A stretch of DNA of 64,000 bases from an uncultured delta proteobacterium. GTDB lineage: Bacteria; Desulfobacterota; Binatia; UBA9968. Both the position numbers and the translations under genes were made by a program. The stretch spans positions 128,001 through 192,000 of the forward strand of contig CAVTUQ010000028.1 in the NCBI GenBank assembly GCA_963737905.1, given 5' to 3'. Shown piece after piece: positions 21,069 to 31,210 of the stretch (position 1 is its first letter; every line of letters starts with the position of its first letter). The notes under the pieces were generated by a model. It searched no databases and had not been told where the DNA came from. It worked only from the letters and a program-made list of their open reading frames with translations.

Positions 21069-21371
21069 ATGACAAAAAAGATCGCAAAAATAAAAACTCG
21101 ACCGTGGGATGTGGCTGAACATCTAAAAACCGAAGAGGATATGGCGGCATACCTGGAAGCTGCCCTTGAAGACGGTGACCCGGCGCTTATCGCAGCGGCG
21201 TTGGGCGATATCGCGCGTGCAAAGGGCATGGGCCAGATTGCCCGCGAAACAGGACTAGGTCGCGAGAGCCTTTACAAAGCGCTGTCACCAGAGGGCAACC
21301 CGGAATTTTCCACGGTGCTCAAGGTTGTGCGGGCACTCGGCCTTCGCTTACACGCAGCAGCCGACGTTTAA
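21069..21371 (+). CDS. Addiction module antidote protein (HTH)
   Basis: WDVAEHL, ALGDIARAKGM, GRESLYKALS..GNPEF. Confidence 0.9.
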   Translation: MTKKIAKIKTRPWDVAEHLKTEEDMAAYLEAALEDGDPALIAAALGDIARAKGMGQIARETGLGRESLYKALSPEGNPEFSTVLKVVRALGLRLHAAADV

Positions 21372-21474
21372 CACGAAAGTCCCTGGAACCTTTGGAACGG
21401 CTGTAACAGCTCGAGTTATATAGAACGGCCGGAACAAATTGGAACTGTTTCGTGTTACGTGTTACGGAGATTCA

Positions 21475-22485
21475 ATGATCCCATCTAAGAAATCGTCATC
21501 CTGGTTGGTAGTCAATGGCCTAGTTTCGCTAACGCTATTTTTCGCGTTTGCCGGGTCCTCAAATCGAACCCAGGCAGCCGACGCTCCTCTGGTTCGGGCG
21601 AACTACGCGGCGTTTAGCGGCGCCTTCGCGCCGCTCTGGATCGCGGCTGACAAACATCTCTTCGCGAAATATGGTTTGAACGTTGACATCCGCTACATCG
21701 CCCCGGCCACAGCCACTCAGGCGCTGATTGGCAAGAATCTCGAGATCATCAATCCCGGCGGCGAAATCGTCGAGGCAGGCCTGAACGGTGAGCCGGTGGT
21801 CTACATTGCCGGCATCTTGAATCGCGCCGTGATGTCGATCTATGCAAAGCCGGAAATCACTTCGCTGGCCGACCTCAAAGGCAAGGTCCTGGCTGTCACG
21901 GTCCCCGGCGCAACCACCGACTTCGCCGCGCGCGTGTTGCTCCAGCAAGTGCGGTTGACGCCGGGTAAAGACGTCAAGCTTATTTATCTAAAAGGCATGG
22001 TGGAAATCCTCACCGGCATCAACCAAGGCAACGCAGATGCGGGTATCTTCACCTCGCCGACGACTTTAAAGGCGCAGCACGCGGGCTTAAAAGAATTGGT
22101 CAACGTCACCGAGCAGAATATCCCGATGATTCACGCCGCCCTGGCGAGCACCAGGGAATATATCAGGACACGACCCGATAACGTGCGTCGGTTCCTGCAA
22201 GCCTATCTGGAAGGAATCAAAATCGCTTCTACGGAGCCCGAACTCGCCAAGCAAGTCATCGGTAAGTACACTAAAACCACCGATGCGGCCGACCTCGAAA
22301 ATTCCTATCAGACGTTTTTGCCGGCGTGGGAACGATTGCCCCTCGTCCCTCCGGCGGCCGTGCAGACCATGCTCAATTTCGCGACGCATCCCGGAGCCAA
22401 GACCGCGAAGCCGGAAGCTTTCATCGACAATTCCATACTCGCCGAGATCGGCAAGTCCGGCTTTGTCGATCGGCTTTACAAGTAG
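21475..22485 (+). CDS. ABC transporter substrate-binding protein, NMT1-like
   Basis: LFAKYGLNVDI, ADLKGKVLAVT, SGFVDRLYK. Confidence 0.85.
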   Translation: MIPSKKSSSWLVVNGLVSLTLFFAFAGSSNRTQAADAPLVRANYAAFSGAFAPLWIAADKHLFAKYGLNVDIRYIAPATATQALIGKNLEIINPGGEIVEAGLNGEPVVYIAGILNRAVMSIYAKPEITSLADLKGKVLAVTVPGATTDFAARVLLQQVRLTPGKDVKLIYLKGMVEILTGINQGNADAGIFTSPTTLKAQHAGLKELVNVTEQNIPMIHAALASTREYIRTRPDNVRRFLQAYLEGIKIASTEPELAKQVIGKYTKTTDAADLENSYQTFLPAWERLPLVPPAAVQTMLNFATHPGAKTAKPEAFIDNSILAEIGKSGFVDRLYK

Positions 22486-22500
22486 ACGAGAAGCTATCTT

Positions 22501-22579
22501 CTCCGCCCCCATGACGTGGAGGCGGACACCGGTGGGGGCTTGAACGAGTTGAACGTTTTGAACGTCTGGAACTCTTCAT
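22501..22579 (+). repeat. 79-bp direct repeat, left copy (GC hairpin + TTGAACG 9-mers)
   Basis: 73/79 identical to 23407-23485 by manual alignment. Confidence 0.9.
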
Positions 22580-22682
22580 ATGAGTTCGAACCTGGAACCT
22601 TGAACGGCAAATCCTAGGTCTTGAACGATTGAAACGACTGGAACTGCTGGAACGTTGGAACAAGTCCCCTCATAGTCGGATT

Positions 22683-22997
22683 CTAGGCGGAGCGCACTTT
22701 GAGTTGAACGCCTTCTTTCTTCTGAAGGTAGGCGACGATCTCAAAAAAGTTCCTGGCTTGGGGATTTCCGCTGGGGCCGAGCATACGCATGAGGCTTTTC
22801 GGAGATTTTTTAGTGACCGCCGCTAGCTCGTCAAACCCGACGGTAGCATTGATGTAATCGCGAAGAACGGTCTTGCCGGTTTCCACATCTCCTGAGAGAA
22901 GCGAGTCGATGGCTTCCTTCAGAAGAGCTTCACGAAAAGCCGAATCGCGGCGGGCCCGTGCCTGAATCGTTTCCTTGAAATCTTTAGTTAACGGCAT
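22683..22997 (-). CDS. HTH antitoxin/transcriptional regulator
   Basis: MPLTKDFKETI, LRDYINAT.GF, SPKSLMRML.P.GNP. Confidence 0.85.
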   Translation of the reverse strand: MPLTKDFKETIQARARRDSAFREALLKEAIDSLLSGDVETGKTVLRDYINATVGFDELAAVTKKSPKSLMRMLGPSGNPQARNFFEIVAYLQKKEGVQLKVRSA

Positions 22998-22998
22998 C

Positions 22999-23328
22999 TT
23001 ACTTTTCCTCCTTCTTGCGTCGTCTATAGTCGGCCCACAAAATCTGGACACGCCGTATGTCTTCCTGTTGGCGTTTCTTCGTTCCGCCCCCGAGAAGAAT
23101 CACAATTCGGTCGCCGTCTCTACCAAAATAAACTCTGTAGCCGGGTCCGAAGTCAATGCGGCACTCTTGAACGCCAGCTCCTACGCTTTTGGTGTTCGAG
23201 AAATTTCCCTGAGCCATTCGCGTGACCGTGATCGTCACCTTAGCGGCAGCCTGTGCGTTGAGACTATTGAACCATTTTGCATAGGGGCTCCGGCCGTCAG
23301 CAGCAACATATTCGAGGACCTCAATCAC
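22999..23328 (-). CDS. RelE/ParE family toxin (addiction module killer type)
   Basis: GRSPYAKWF, GNFSNTKSVGAGV.E.RIDFGPGYRVYFG, LGGGTK. Confidence 0.88.
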   Translation of the reverse strand: MIEVLEYVAADGRSPYAKWFNSLNAQAAAKVTITVTRMAQGNFSNTKSVGAGVQECRIDFGPGYRVYFGRDGDRIVILLGGGTKKRQQEDIRRVQILWADYRRRKKEEK

Positions 23329-23406
23329 GACATATGGTAACATCTACGTTACTATTACTCAACATGAGTAACTTAGAGCGGTTAATCTTCTTGCTCCCAA
23401 ATGTTC

Positions 23407-23485
23407 CTCCGCCCCCGTGACGCGGGGGCGGACACAGGTGGGGGCTTGAACGATTTGAACGTTTTGAACGGCTGGAACTCTTCAT
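23407..23485 (+). repeat. 79-bp direct repeat, right copy
   Basis: Matches 22501-22579 with 6 substitutions. Confidence 0.9.
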
Positions 23486-23536
23486 CGGAAGGGTGCCCAT
23501 CTCGTCACACGGGCTGAAAAGAGTTAATGTCTAGAT

Positions 23537-23938
23537 ATGATGGGTCGGCTCTTCTTACTTTTTACTCTCGTTCCTCTGCTCGAGCTGTATATCTTAATCA
23601 AGATCGGCGGCTACCTCGGTGCGTTTCCAACCGTTGCTTTAGTCGTTCTTACGGCTCTCTTGGGCGTCGTACTTGCCCGTTTCGAAGGCCTCAGGACATT
23701 GCAACAAATCAGGCAAAGTCTTTCCCAAGGTATCGTCCCCGCGGAAGAGATGGTTGACGGGGTATTGATCTTCGTCGGTGGAATTCTTCTGATCATACCG
23801 GGAGTGCTCACCGACCTTTTTGCTTTGGTACTGTTGATTCCCTACAGCCGAACCATTTTCAAGCGCTGGCTCCGGCGCCGGTTCGACCGCATGATCGCGT
23901 CGGGAAATGTCCGCCTCCACTACTACGGCCGAAACTAA
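23537..23938 (+). CDS. fxsA: FxsA family membrane protein
   Basis: PLLELYILIKIG, GGILLIIPGVLTD. Confidence 0.9.
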   Translation: MMGRLFLLFTLVPLLELYILIKIGGYLGAFPTVALVVLTALLGVVLARFEGLRTLQQIRQSLSQGIVPAEEMVDGVLIFVGGILLIIPGVLTDLFALVLLIPYSRTIFKRWLRRRFDRMIASGNVRLHYYGRN

Positions 23939-24010
23939 AACGATTTTTAGTCCGGGGACCTACACTGGTTCGATGTGCCTTGTGCATAGTCGCGGAAGGC
24001 TATTCGCACA

Positions 24011-25696
24011 TCAAGGTGAGTCGGCCGGACTCGCTTTTTCGCTGCTGCTACACGGCCGTCCGTCCGGCAACCGGCACGATTGCTCGCAGGGAACCAACCC
24101 ATTGACCTCGCAGGCTTCGACCTCTTTTGCTTTGACACAACCATCGGCTTCAAAGGGTCGACCCCCCGCGATGTGAATGAGAAAAAATGAGTGCAGGAAT
24201 CTCACAAAAGGCTCGCTATAGATCGTATTATGATCCGCAATGATCTCAGGGTCCGCTCTCACGACCAGATAGGGATAATTTGCGCTGTATTTGAGATCGC
24301 CCGCCAATCGAACTCCCTGTCCATAGACGTCATAGATACGCTGGCCTTGTTCTTTTCCCGCGGTAAGCGGATTGTCTGCCGGCCGAGCACCTCCCGGCAG
24401 CATAAAAGGTTCGATACGCGCTTTGAACGTCCGCCAGTTGAACCCCATCGTCGGTGTCAGATAGGGGCAACCGCAGTCCCCTTCTTCCTTTGCGTCGCCG
24501 CGCTCTGCGCTGTCTGCCGGAGGTCCTAACCATTTAAGTTCGTGCGTCCGGTATCGAGCATCATGACCAATCGCCTGCACAATGCTATCGGCCTGGTCCT
24601 GGGATGTTGCGTGTTCAAGCATCGTGCTAGCTTTTCGGCCCAAAGGAAACGCGAGACCGGTGGCGAGATCGCTGCCGGAGGTTACCGTCATCATGACGGG
24701 GGTCTGATTTGCCCGGTAGCAACGATTCGTGGCAATGTGAAACAGCGGTTCGTATTGCGAGCCCTCGAAGGCTGGATTTACCAGCACGACAAAATCCCCG
24801 AAACTGACCGCGGTGTCGTAACAGGTCAGTCCTCCGCTGCTTTGTTCGCGCCGCTCGAGATCGTTACAATTGTCGTTGCCGACACGAACCGTTCTCCCGG
24901 CACGCTCCATCAAAGCGTGGGAAAGCGCGGAATAGACGACCAGCCCGCCAAAACTGTGCCCTACAACCACCAACTGTGTCTTGTCTCCGTCTCGGTCAGG
25001 ATTGCGAATGCGCCGGTAGTCGTTGAGCCTGGCTAGAAGCTCAGTCACTCCCCCACGCCCCACTCGCTCGGCTGCATTCTTGCGTGTCCAGAACGTCAGA
25101 TTCGTCAACGGCCCGGCATCGAGTGATAAGCCACGCCACCCGACATACACGCCGACGACGCTGCGACGGGCGCCTTCATTGAGATGACGCTCCAAAATAT
25201 CCATTCGTTCGAGCAAGCGCGAGAAGCAGATCACGTTGTTGTCACATTGACTGGCGTTGTGTTTCCAACCGTGGGCGTAAAGAAGTATCAGGACTTGCCC
25301 GTCGCCGCTGCGGCGTTTTTGCTCACTTTCGAGTCTGCGCAACAATGAGAACAACGCTTCCATTTGCTTGCGATCAGCGAACCATCCCTGATCATCGAAC
25401 TCGACAAATGCGAGGTGATAGTCAGCGTTTCGACGCTCGCCAGTCTTATCATTCTCGTCCTTGTAATCGTTGTATTGATAGTGACGGTTTTGGACGGCAT
25501 ATTCACTGGCAGCGACTGCTTCCTTGTCCTCGCATGCTGGCAGATTGGAATGCGGATCGCCGGAATAGCACCTGGCTTCTTTTAGCAGTCCGTTATCCGC
25601 CAGCGTCTGCGTTCGATAGGGCGCGAACTGTGTGCACCCGGACCCTGTGACAGCAAACAAAAATACTAGCGCCGCATCGATCAGTCTCTGCCGCAT
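24011..25696 (-). CDS. Putative lipoprotein, alpha/beta-hydrolase fold
   Basis: Lipobox GSGC, VEFDDQG, HGWKHNA, VGHSFGG, LVNPAFE. Confidence 0.7.
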   Translation of the reverse strand: MRQRLIDAALVFLFAVTGSGCTQFAPYRTQTLADNGLLKEARCYSGDPHSNLPACEDKEAVAASEYAVQNRHYQYNDYKDENDKTGERRNADYHLAFVEFDDQGWFADRKQMEALFSLLRRLESEQKRRSGDGQVLILLYAHGWKHNASQCDNNVICFSRLLERMDILERHLNEGARRSVVGVYVGWRGLSLDAGPLTNLTFWTRKNAAERVGRGGVTELLARLNDYRRIRNPDRDGDKTQLVVVGHSFGGLVVYSALSHALMERAGRTVRVGNDNCNDLERREQSSGGLTCYDTAVSFGDFVVLVNPAFEGSQYEPLFHIATNRCYRANQTPVMMTVTSGSDLATGLAFPLGRKASTMLEHATSQDQADSIVQAIGHDARYRTHELKWLGPPADSAERGDAKEEGDCGCPYLTPTMGFNWRTFKARIEPFMLPGGARPADNPLTAGKEQGQRIYDVYGQGVRLAGDLKYSANYPYLVVRADPEIIADHNTIYSEPFVRFLHSFFLIHIAGGRPFEADGCVKAKEVEACEVNGLVPCEQSCRLPDGRPCSSSEKASPADSP

Positions 25697-25810
25697 TCCG
25701 ACCTCCTAAAATGGCCTGCATGCATGTCGGCAACTGGAGCACCGGCTTTAGGATCCATCACTCCAGTACTCCATCACTCCACTATTCCAGCTTCGGCTGC
25801 ACCTGCGATC

Positions 25811-26590
25811 TCATTTGTTGTCGAAATCGTAAACCATCTGTGACTTGATCGCGGCGTTGATATTTTCGGCCATCGGATTGCGAATCTCTTCGCCGATGTG
25901 AGCCACCGCTCCCAAGGTTCGCCCGATGAGCGCGAATGCTTTGGTGATCTGCCACGGGAGCCCCAAGTCGAGCGCGATAGCGCCGATGGCGCCGGTGACG
26001 TTGGCGGGCAGAGGACGGCCAACCTGCGCCTCGGCTGCCTTGCAGATCCTTTGGAGCAAATCGCAATAACGTCCATACACACCGGTCTCCCGCGCGATCT
26101 CGAACAGACGCACCGCCCGCGGGTCGCCTTCCGGATGCGTCCTGTGGCCGATACCCGCTATCCTTTTTTTCTTTTTGGCGTGCTGTTCCACCACCGACGC
26201 CGCGGCTGCTTCGAGATCGCTTGGCGAACTGCTCGCTGGTAGGGCTTTCACGAGCATTTTTGCCGACCACTCTGAAGACCCAAGATGTACGCTTCCGGCC
26301 CCAAGAATCGAAGACGCGACGGCCGCCTGCAAAGCTTCCGGCGCCGTGGAGTAACAAAGCCGCGCCGAAACCACGCTGCTAACCATGCCGTGTTCGACCA
26401 GGATCGTCAGTAGCGCATCCGTCATCCGCCTTTCACCGTCGTTGGGGAACCGCCCCACCAACATTAAGTAGGTCATGTCGGCAAAGGTAATTTTCCCGAC
26501 CAGGTCCTTCGTCAGATCATAGCCCCGAATCAACACCCGATGGGTCTCCGGCTTCCCCAATCCTGTAACAACCTTCTTTTCATTGGCCAT
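25811..26590 (-). CDS. Citryl-CoA lyase / citrate synthase-like protein
   Basis: IRGYDL, EHG, GIGHR.H..GDPRA, NVTGAIGA. Confidence 0.85.
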   Translation of the reverse strand: MANEKKVVTGLGKPETHRVLIRGYDLTKDLVGKITFADMTYLMLVGRFPNDGERRMTDALLTILVEHGMVSSVVSARLCYSTAPEALQAAVASSILGAGSVHLGSSEWSAKMLVKALPASSSPSDLEAAAASVVEQHAKKKKRIAGIGHRTHPEGDPRAVRLFEIARETGVYGRYCDLLQRICKAAEAQVGRPLPANVTGAIGAIALDLGLPWQITKAFALIGRTLGAVAHIGEEIRNPMAENINAAIKSQMVYDFDNK

Positions 26591-26772
26591 AGTTTCCTCC
26601 TGAAATTTGATCTGTGTGTCAGAGCTATCATGAACAGAAGGGAGTTTGTCAAGCGAAGTTCAAGGTTCCAGGTTCAACGTTAATGGGCGACGTCACTTTC
26701 GCTCGCTCGACGGTGTGATAGACTTTAGGTCATGCTGCTGCACCCCGCTTCCACGATCATCGTCTCTTGAAA

Positions 26773-28077
26773 ATGGCACAACACAAGAATTCGGTGTTGT
26801 GGCGCTCGCTGCGTCATCGCAATTACAAACTGTATCTTGCCGGTCAGTTGGTATCCGTGTGCGGCACCTGGATGCAGCAAGTGGCCCAGAGCTGGCTCGT
26901 CTATCGGCTCACCGGGTCTGCAACTCTCCTCGGCCTGGTCGGCTTTGCCTCCCAAATTCCCATTTTCGGTCTGGGCCCCATCGGTGGCGTTTTAACCGAT
27001 CGCTATTCGCCCCACCGCATCGTGTTGTACACCCAGACGGCGGCCCTCATTCAGGCTTCCCTGCTTGCGGTGTTGACCGTAACGGGCTGGGTGCAGCCGA
27101 TCCACATCATTTTGCTTGGAGTCGTGCTCGGAGTGATCAGCGCTTTAGACATGCCGGCTCGGCAGTCGTTGGTGACTCAGTTGGTCGATATCGAAGAGTT
27201 GCCCAACGCGATTGGCCTCAACTCTTCTATGATTAATGCGGCGCGAATCGTAGGTCCCAGTCTCGCGGGAGTGCTGGTGGCCCAATTCGGCGAGGGTGTT
27301 TGCTTTATGATCAACGCCCTTAGCTATCTGGTAGTGATCGCAGCGCTGCTCGCTATGACCATTTCCAAGCGAATGCTTAGTTCATCATCACAACTGTCGT
27401 TTACCCGCTCTTTAGCCGACGGCATCCATTACGCGCTCAGAATCACACCGATCCGAGACCTCCTACTGCTCATGGGCCTCGTTGGTTTCATGGGCATGCC
27501 TTACATAACGCTGATGCCGGTGTTCGCGGCTAAAATACACAATGGCGGTGCGGATGCGTTGGGATTGATGATGGGCGCTGTGGGCATTGGGGCGCTCCTG
27601 GGCGGTTTATTCCTTGCCCGGCGCTCGAAAATTCTCGGGCTCGGCCGGATCATTGTTGCAGCAGCATTGACATTCGGAACCGGTTTAATCTGCTTCAGCT
27701 TTTCCTCTCTTTTTGCTCTCTCCCTCCTCGTTCTCGGCGTGGTCGGTTGCGCCTGGATGGTGCTGATTGCCGGATGTAACACCGCTTTGCAATCGCTCTC
27801 GGAGGATCCGATGCGCGGCCGGGTCATGAGTCTATTTTCGATGATGCTGATTGGAATGGCGCCGTTCGGGAATCTGATTGCCGGATGGTTAGCCGATCAC
27901 ATCGGTGCTCCTCGAGTGATTGCGATCGGCGGCTTTTTTTGCGCCGCGGCCGGCATTGTCTTTGCCTGGCAGTTACCCAAGCTACGCGAGGTTGCAATTC
28001 CTATCCTGATCGCCCGCGGAGTCATCTCCGACCCCACAGCGGACCCGGGGGCGGCAATCGGAATTCGGCGACGCTAG
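26773..28077 (+). CDS. MFS transporter
   Basis: GQLVS..GTWMQ.VAQSWLVY, D.PARQS, RGRVMS; multiple TM segments. Confidence 0.9.
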   Translation: MAQHKNSVLWRSLRHRNYKLYLAGQLVSVCGTWMQQVAQSWLVYRLTGSATLLGLVGFASQIPIFGLGPIGGVLTDRYSPHRIVLYTQTAALIQASLLAVLTVTGWVQPIHIILLGVVLGVISALDMPARQSLVTQLVDIEELPNAIGLNSSMINAARIVGPSLAGVLVAQFGEGVCFMINALSYLVVIAALLAMTISKRMLSSSSQLSFTRSLADGIHYALRITPIRDLLLLMGLVGFMGMPYITLMPVFAAKIHNGGADALGLMMGAVGIGALLGGLFLARRSKILGLGRIIVAAALTFGTGLICFSFSSLFALSLLVLGVVGCAWMVLIAGCNTALQSLSEDPMRGRVMSLFSMMLIGMAPFGNLIAGWLADHIGAPRVIAIGGFFCAAAGIVFAWQLPKLREVAIPILIARGVISDPTADPGAAIGIRRR

Positions 28078-28231
28078 CTTCAGCCGGCCTGAGCGATAAT
28101 CTCTATTCGACACCGCTGGTTTGAACGGCGGTTGACACGTCGGAAAACATCGCGATAAGTTTCGCCGCAAGCTGGATTGGATTTCCCGTGGGTTCCGACA
28201 GTCGGTTGCCGGTGCCGCAAAGGTGGACGCT

Positions 28232-28999
28232 ATGAACTTCATAGAACTTACGATGCCCTTGAGTCATCAATGGATGCCGGATGAAGTGTTGCCGACTTCG
28301 GTAAAGTTTTTCCTCGGTCCCAAAGACCATCAAGAAAAAGGAATCGTTGTGGCGAGCGATACAGGGACATGCCTGACTTTGCCATCGATGTTTGCGGATT
28401 ATCGTAAGACCACGCGGCTCGATGAACTGCCGGTTGAAAAGCTCGTTTTGCGGCCGACGACTGTTGCCGCCATCCCAAAGAGCCAAAAAGAAGAAATCAC
28501 TCGGACGGAGGTGGAAAAAGCCCTGGATGCCTCAAGGCCGGCAAAGGGGGACGCATTGCTGATCAGGACCGCTTGGGGCGATAGAACCTACCACGAGTTC
28601 GAGGGCGGTGCTTATGTCCTTCAAAGCCCGCATTTGTCCCTGGAGGCGGGAAGATATTTAAGCGCAAGGATGAAGGAGAATGAGAGCGACTTGTTATTGA
28701 TAGACACGGCGTTTTTGGGTCGGCCGGAACAATATTTGATCCCGGAATGGTGTTCCATGCTTCCGACGCCACCCGTGGAGTCCGGCGAGGCTCGGATGTA
28801 TTTACATCTCTACAATACCGACAAGGCCAAAGCGGATTTTGCCGTGGAGATGGAATTCGCGCGGCTCGGTATCATAACGGTGCGGAAGCTGGTCCACTGC
28901 GGACAGATCAAAAAGCCGAAGATCAAAGTCATTGTCGCGCCATTGAACATCGTGAGAGGCGTGGCAGCAACTTGCCGGGTCGTGGCTGTGGAGGATTAA
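28232..28999 (+). CDS. Cyclase (KynB-like) fold protein, divergent
   Basis: FIELTMPL, LIRTAWG, C-terminal APL.I..G.A..CRVVAVE. Confidence 0.65.
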   Translation: MNFIELTMPLSHQWMPDEVLPTSVKFFLGPKDHQEKGIVVASDTGTCLTLPSMFADYRKTTRLDELPVEKLVLRPTTVAAIPKSQKEEITRTEVEKALDASRPAKGDALLIRTAWGDRTYHEFEGGAYVLQSPHLSLEAGRYLSARMKENESDLLLIDTAFLGRPEQYLIPEWCSMLPTPPVESGEARMYLHLYNTDKAKADFAVEMEFARLGIITVRKLVHCGQIKKPKIKVIVAPLNIVRGVAATCRVVAVED

Positions 29000-29005
29000 T
29001 TCACC

Positions 29006-29836
29006 ATGAGACTTATCGATCTAACGATGCCGATTTGGGAAGGGGCAGGCTACGGAGAGATTTTACCATTTACCAATTCCCCCGTGCGGCTTCTCGAATA
29101 CATGTTTTACGACCGGCACGGCGTGCGCATGACGAGAATGAAACTCGACGGAGAAACCGGCAGCCCGTTTATGGTTCCCCACCAGCGAAATCCTTTTGAC
29201 AACACGCCTCTGCAACCCAATCCAAAGTTCTCCTGGACCCTGGACGAAATCCCTCTCGAAAAACTCATCTTAAGGGACACCGTCCTTTTAGATATCAGAG
29301 CGGACGAAGGTCACGAGATAGCGCCCGCCGAGATGGAGACAGCGATAAACCGCGCCGACTATCAAAAAGGCGATGAGGTGCTGCTTCGCACCGGATGGGG
29401 AACGCGGCAACGGGCCTACGACCTCGGCATCGATTACTACAAGAGAACTCCCAGCATCCACTACGATGCGGCGGCCCTCTTGGCGGCAAAGATGGATGAG
29501 ATGGAGAGCTCCATCTTTATGACCGATTGTGGGCTGGTCAATCCTCCCAGGGTGCAGGGCAACAATTGGTTTCGCGGCGAAACGCCTTTGACTCCCCTCC
29601 CCAAACCTTGGCCCTCAACTGAAGCGCGCGAACGAGTTCTGGACCTCGGCGCCCATAAACACGGAAGCCCTCATCCCAGTAGCTACGGCGCATTGATCAA
29701 GAAAGCTATGGCAGGATGCAAGTGTTTAGTGGATTGCGATCAGATCGAGAAAACTCGTGTGAAGATGATTATCCTGCCGCTGCTGATCAAAAGAGGCGGC
29801 GCCTCGCCCTGCCGCTTCATTGCGGTTGAGGAGTGA
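29006..29836 (+). CDS. Cyclase (KynB-like) fold protein, divergent
   Basis: LIDLTMPIWEG, GDEVLLRTGW, LPL.I..GGASPCRFIAVE. Confidence 0.7.
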   Translation: MRLIDLTMPIWEGAGYGEILPFTNSPVRLLEYMFYDRHGVRMTRMKLDGETGSPFMVPHQRNPFDNTPLQPNPKFSWTLDEIPLEKLILRDTVLLDIRADEGHEIAPAEMETAINRADYQKGDEVLLRTGWGTRQRAYDLGIDYYKRTPSIHYDAAALLAAKMDEMESSIFMTDCGLVNPPRVQGNNWFRGETPLTPLPKPWPSTEARERVLDLGAHKHGSPHPSSYGALIKKAMAGCKCLVDCDQIEKTRVKMIILPLLIKRGGASPCRFIAVEE

Positions 29837-29886
29837 ACCATCTGATCCGAAATAGTCGCGGTACGACCTTCACGGCCCTCTGACGT

Positions 29887-31020
29887 TCAATCGCGCAAAT
29901 TATAAAGACGCGCGCAATTGTCCCATAGAATCTTGCGCCGGGACTGATCAGAGACGCCATCGATTTCAAGGAATGTGTTCAGCGCCTGCGGAAAGGACGA
30001 ATCTCCATGCGGCCAATCGGTTGAGATCACGATATTTTCGTCGCCGAGGGCTTTGATCGTGTCAACCACCAGCTCTTCGTCGGGATCCACGGACAAGAAG
30101 CACTGGCGGCGGAAGTAGTAACTGGGTGGATGCTTCAGCCCATAGCGCCGCTCATTGCCGAATTTCTCCCACCGCTCGTCGAGGCAATACAACCAGGAAG
30201 CGGCCCAGCTGCAAAGACCTTCGAGAAAGGCGGCCCGCAGTGTCGGAAACCTTTCAAAGACTCCCCCCGTAAGCATGGCGCCGAGGGCCAGCATCGACTC
30301 GATGGCGTGCCCTGAAGCATGAGCCAATGGAAAATTATCAAAGTAGCGAACGCCCACGTGACCGTGGTGCGCCAGATTGATACCGTGAAAAACAACCGGC
30401 ACGTTGAGATCAACGGCGGTCGCCCAGAGCGGATCATAATAGGGATCATAAAACGGGCGGCCTTTCACCTGATGATTGGGCAGGACCAGAGCGACCGCGC
30501 TTAGCTCTTTGACTGCACGGCGCGCTTCGATTACGGCCATCTCGACGTCATGTAACGCCATCTGAGCGGTGGGCAGCAGGCGGCTAGGATTTGCGTTGCA
30601 GAAATCGCGCAGCCAATTGTTGAACGCCCGGCAGATGGCGGCGGCGAGTTTAGGTTCGATGTCGTCCGTGCCGGTGGCATGAGCCGTGTAGGTGCGGAAC
30701 ACCACCCCGATGTCGAGTCCCTCCGTGTCCATCGCCTCGACCATATCCACCGGCGAGCTATGATCCTCCCCTTCGCGGCGGCCGAGTTTCTTGTATCTTT
30801 CTCTAGTCCGCGCGCGACGGATCGCGATGTCTTCCTGACGGCCGGGAAGGTTCGCTCGAACCGGAACCGGACGCTCGCCGATCTGCCACAACCCCTTCCC
30901 CGGCTCCGCCGGCCGCGGACCGTCTTTGACAAATTCCGGCTCAAGATAGCGAAGCCAAAGATCTTTGGGTTCGACGACGTGAATGTCGGAGTCGATCACT
31001 TTGAATCCTTGCTTGGCCAT
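29887..31020 (-). CDS. Amidohydrolase family protein
   Basis: IDSDIHVVEP, GVFERFP.LR..FLE, STDWPHGDS. Confidence 0.9.
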   Translation of the reverse strand: MAKQGFKVIDSDIHVVEPKDLWLRYLEPEFVKDGPRPAEPGKGLWQIGERPVPVRANLPGRQEDIAIRRARTRERYKKLGRREGEDHSSPVDMVEAMDTEGLDIGVVFRTYTAHATGTDDIEPKLAAAICRAFNNWLRDFCNANPSRLLPTAQMALHDVEMAVIEARRAVKELSAVALVLPNHQVKGRPFYDPYYDPLWATAVDLNVPVVFHGINLAHHGHVGVRYFDNFPLAHASGHAIESMLALGAMLTGGVFERFPTLRAAFLEGLCSWAASWLYCLDERWEKFGNERRYGLKHPPSYYFRRQCFLSVDPDEELVVDTIKALGDENIVISTDWPHGDSSFPQALNTFLEIDGVSDQSRRKILWDNCARLYNLRD

Positions 31021-31125
31021 TAAAGTTCTCCTTCAACGCTCCAATATTCGAGTATCTTCAAAAATTCGGCGACGAAATCAGCGCTGCCGCCAATCATTCC
31101 CGCGCATGCGAGAAGGGAATCCAGA

Positions 31126-31173
31126 ACCCCTACTAGATCTCCCCCTTTGCTAAGGGGGAGACAAAGAGGGGGT
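31126..31173. repeat. REP-like palindrome (CCCCCTT...AAGGGGG type)
   Basis: TCTCCCCCTT-TGCT-AAGGGGGAGA within outer ACCCC/GGGGT. Confidence 0.65.
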
Positions 31174-31210
31174 CACAGCATGCAACGAAATCGAGGGGAT
31201 GCCGATTAGA

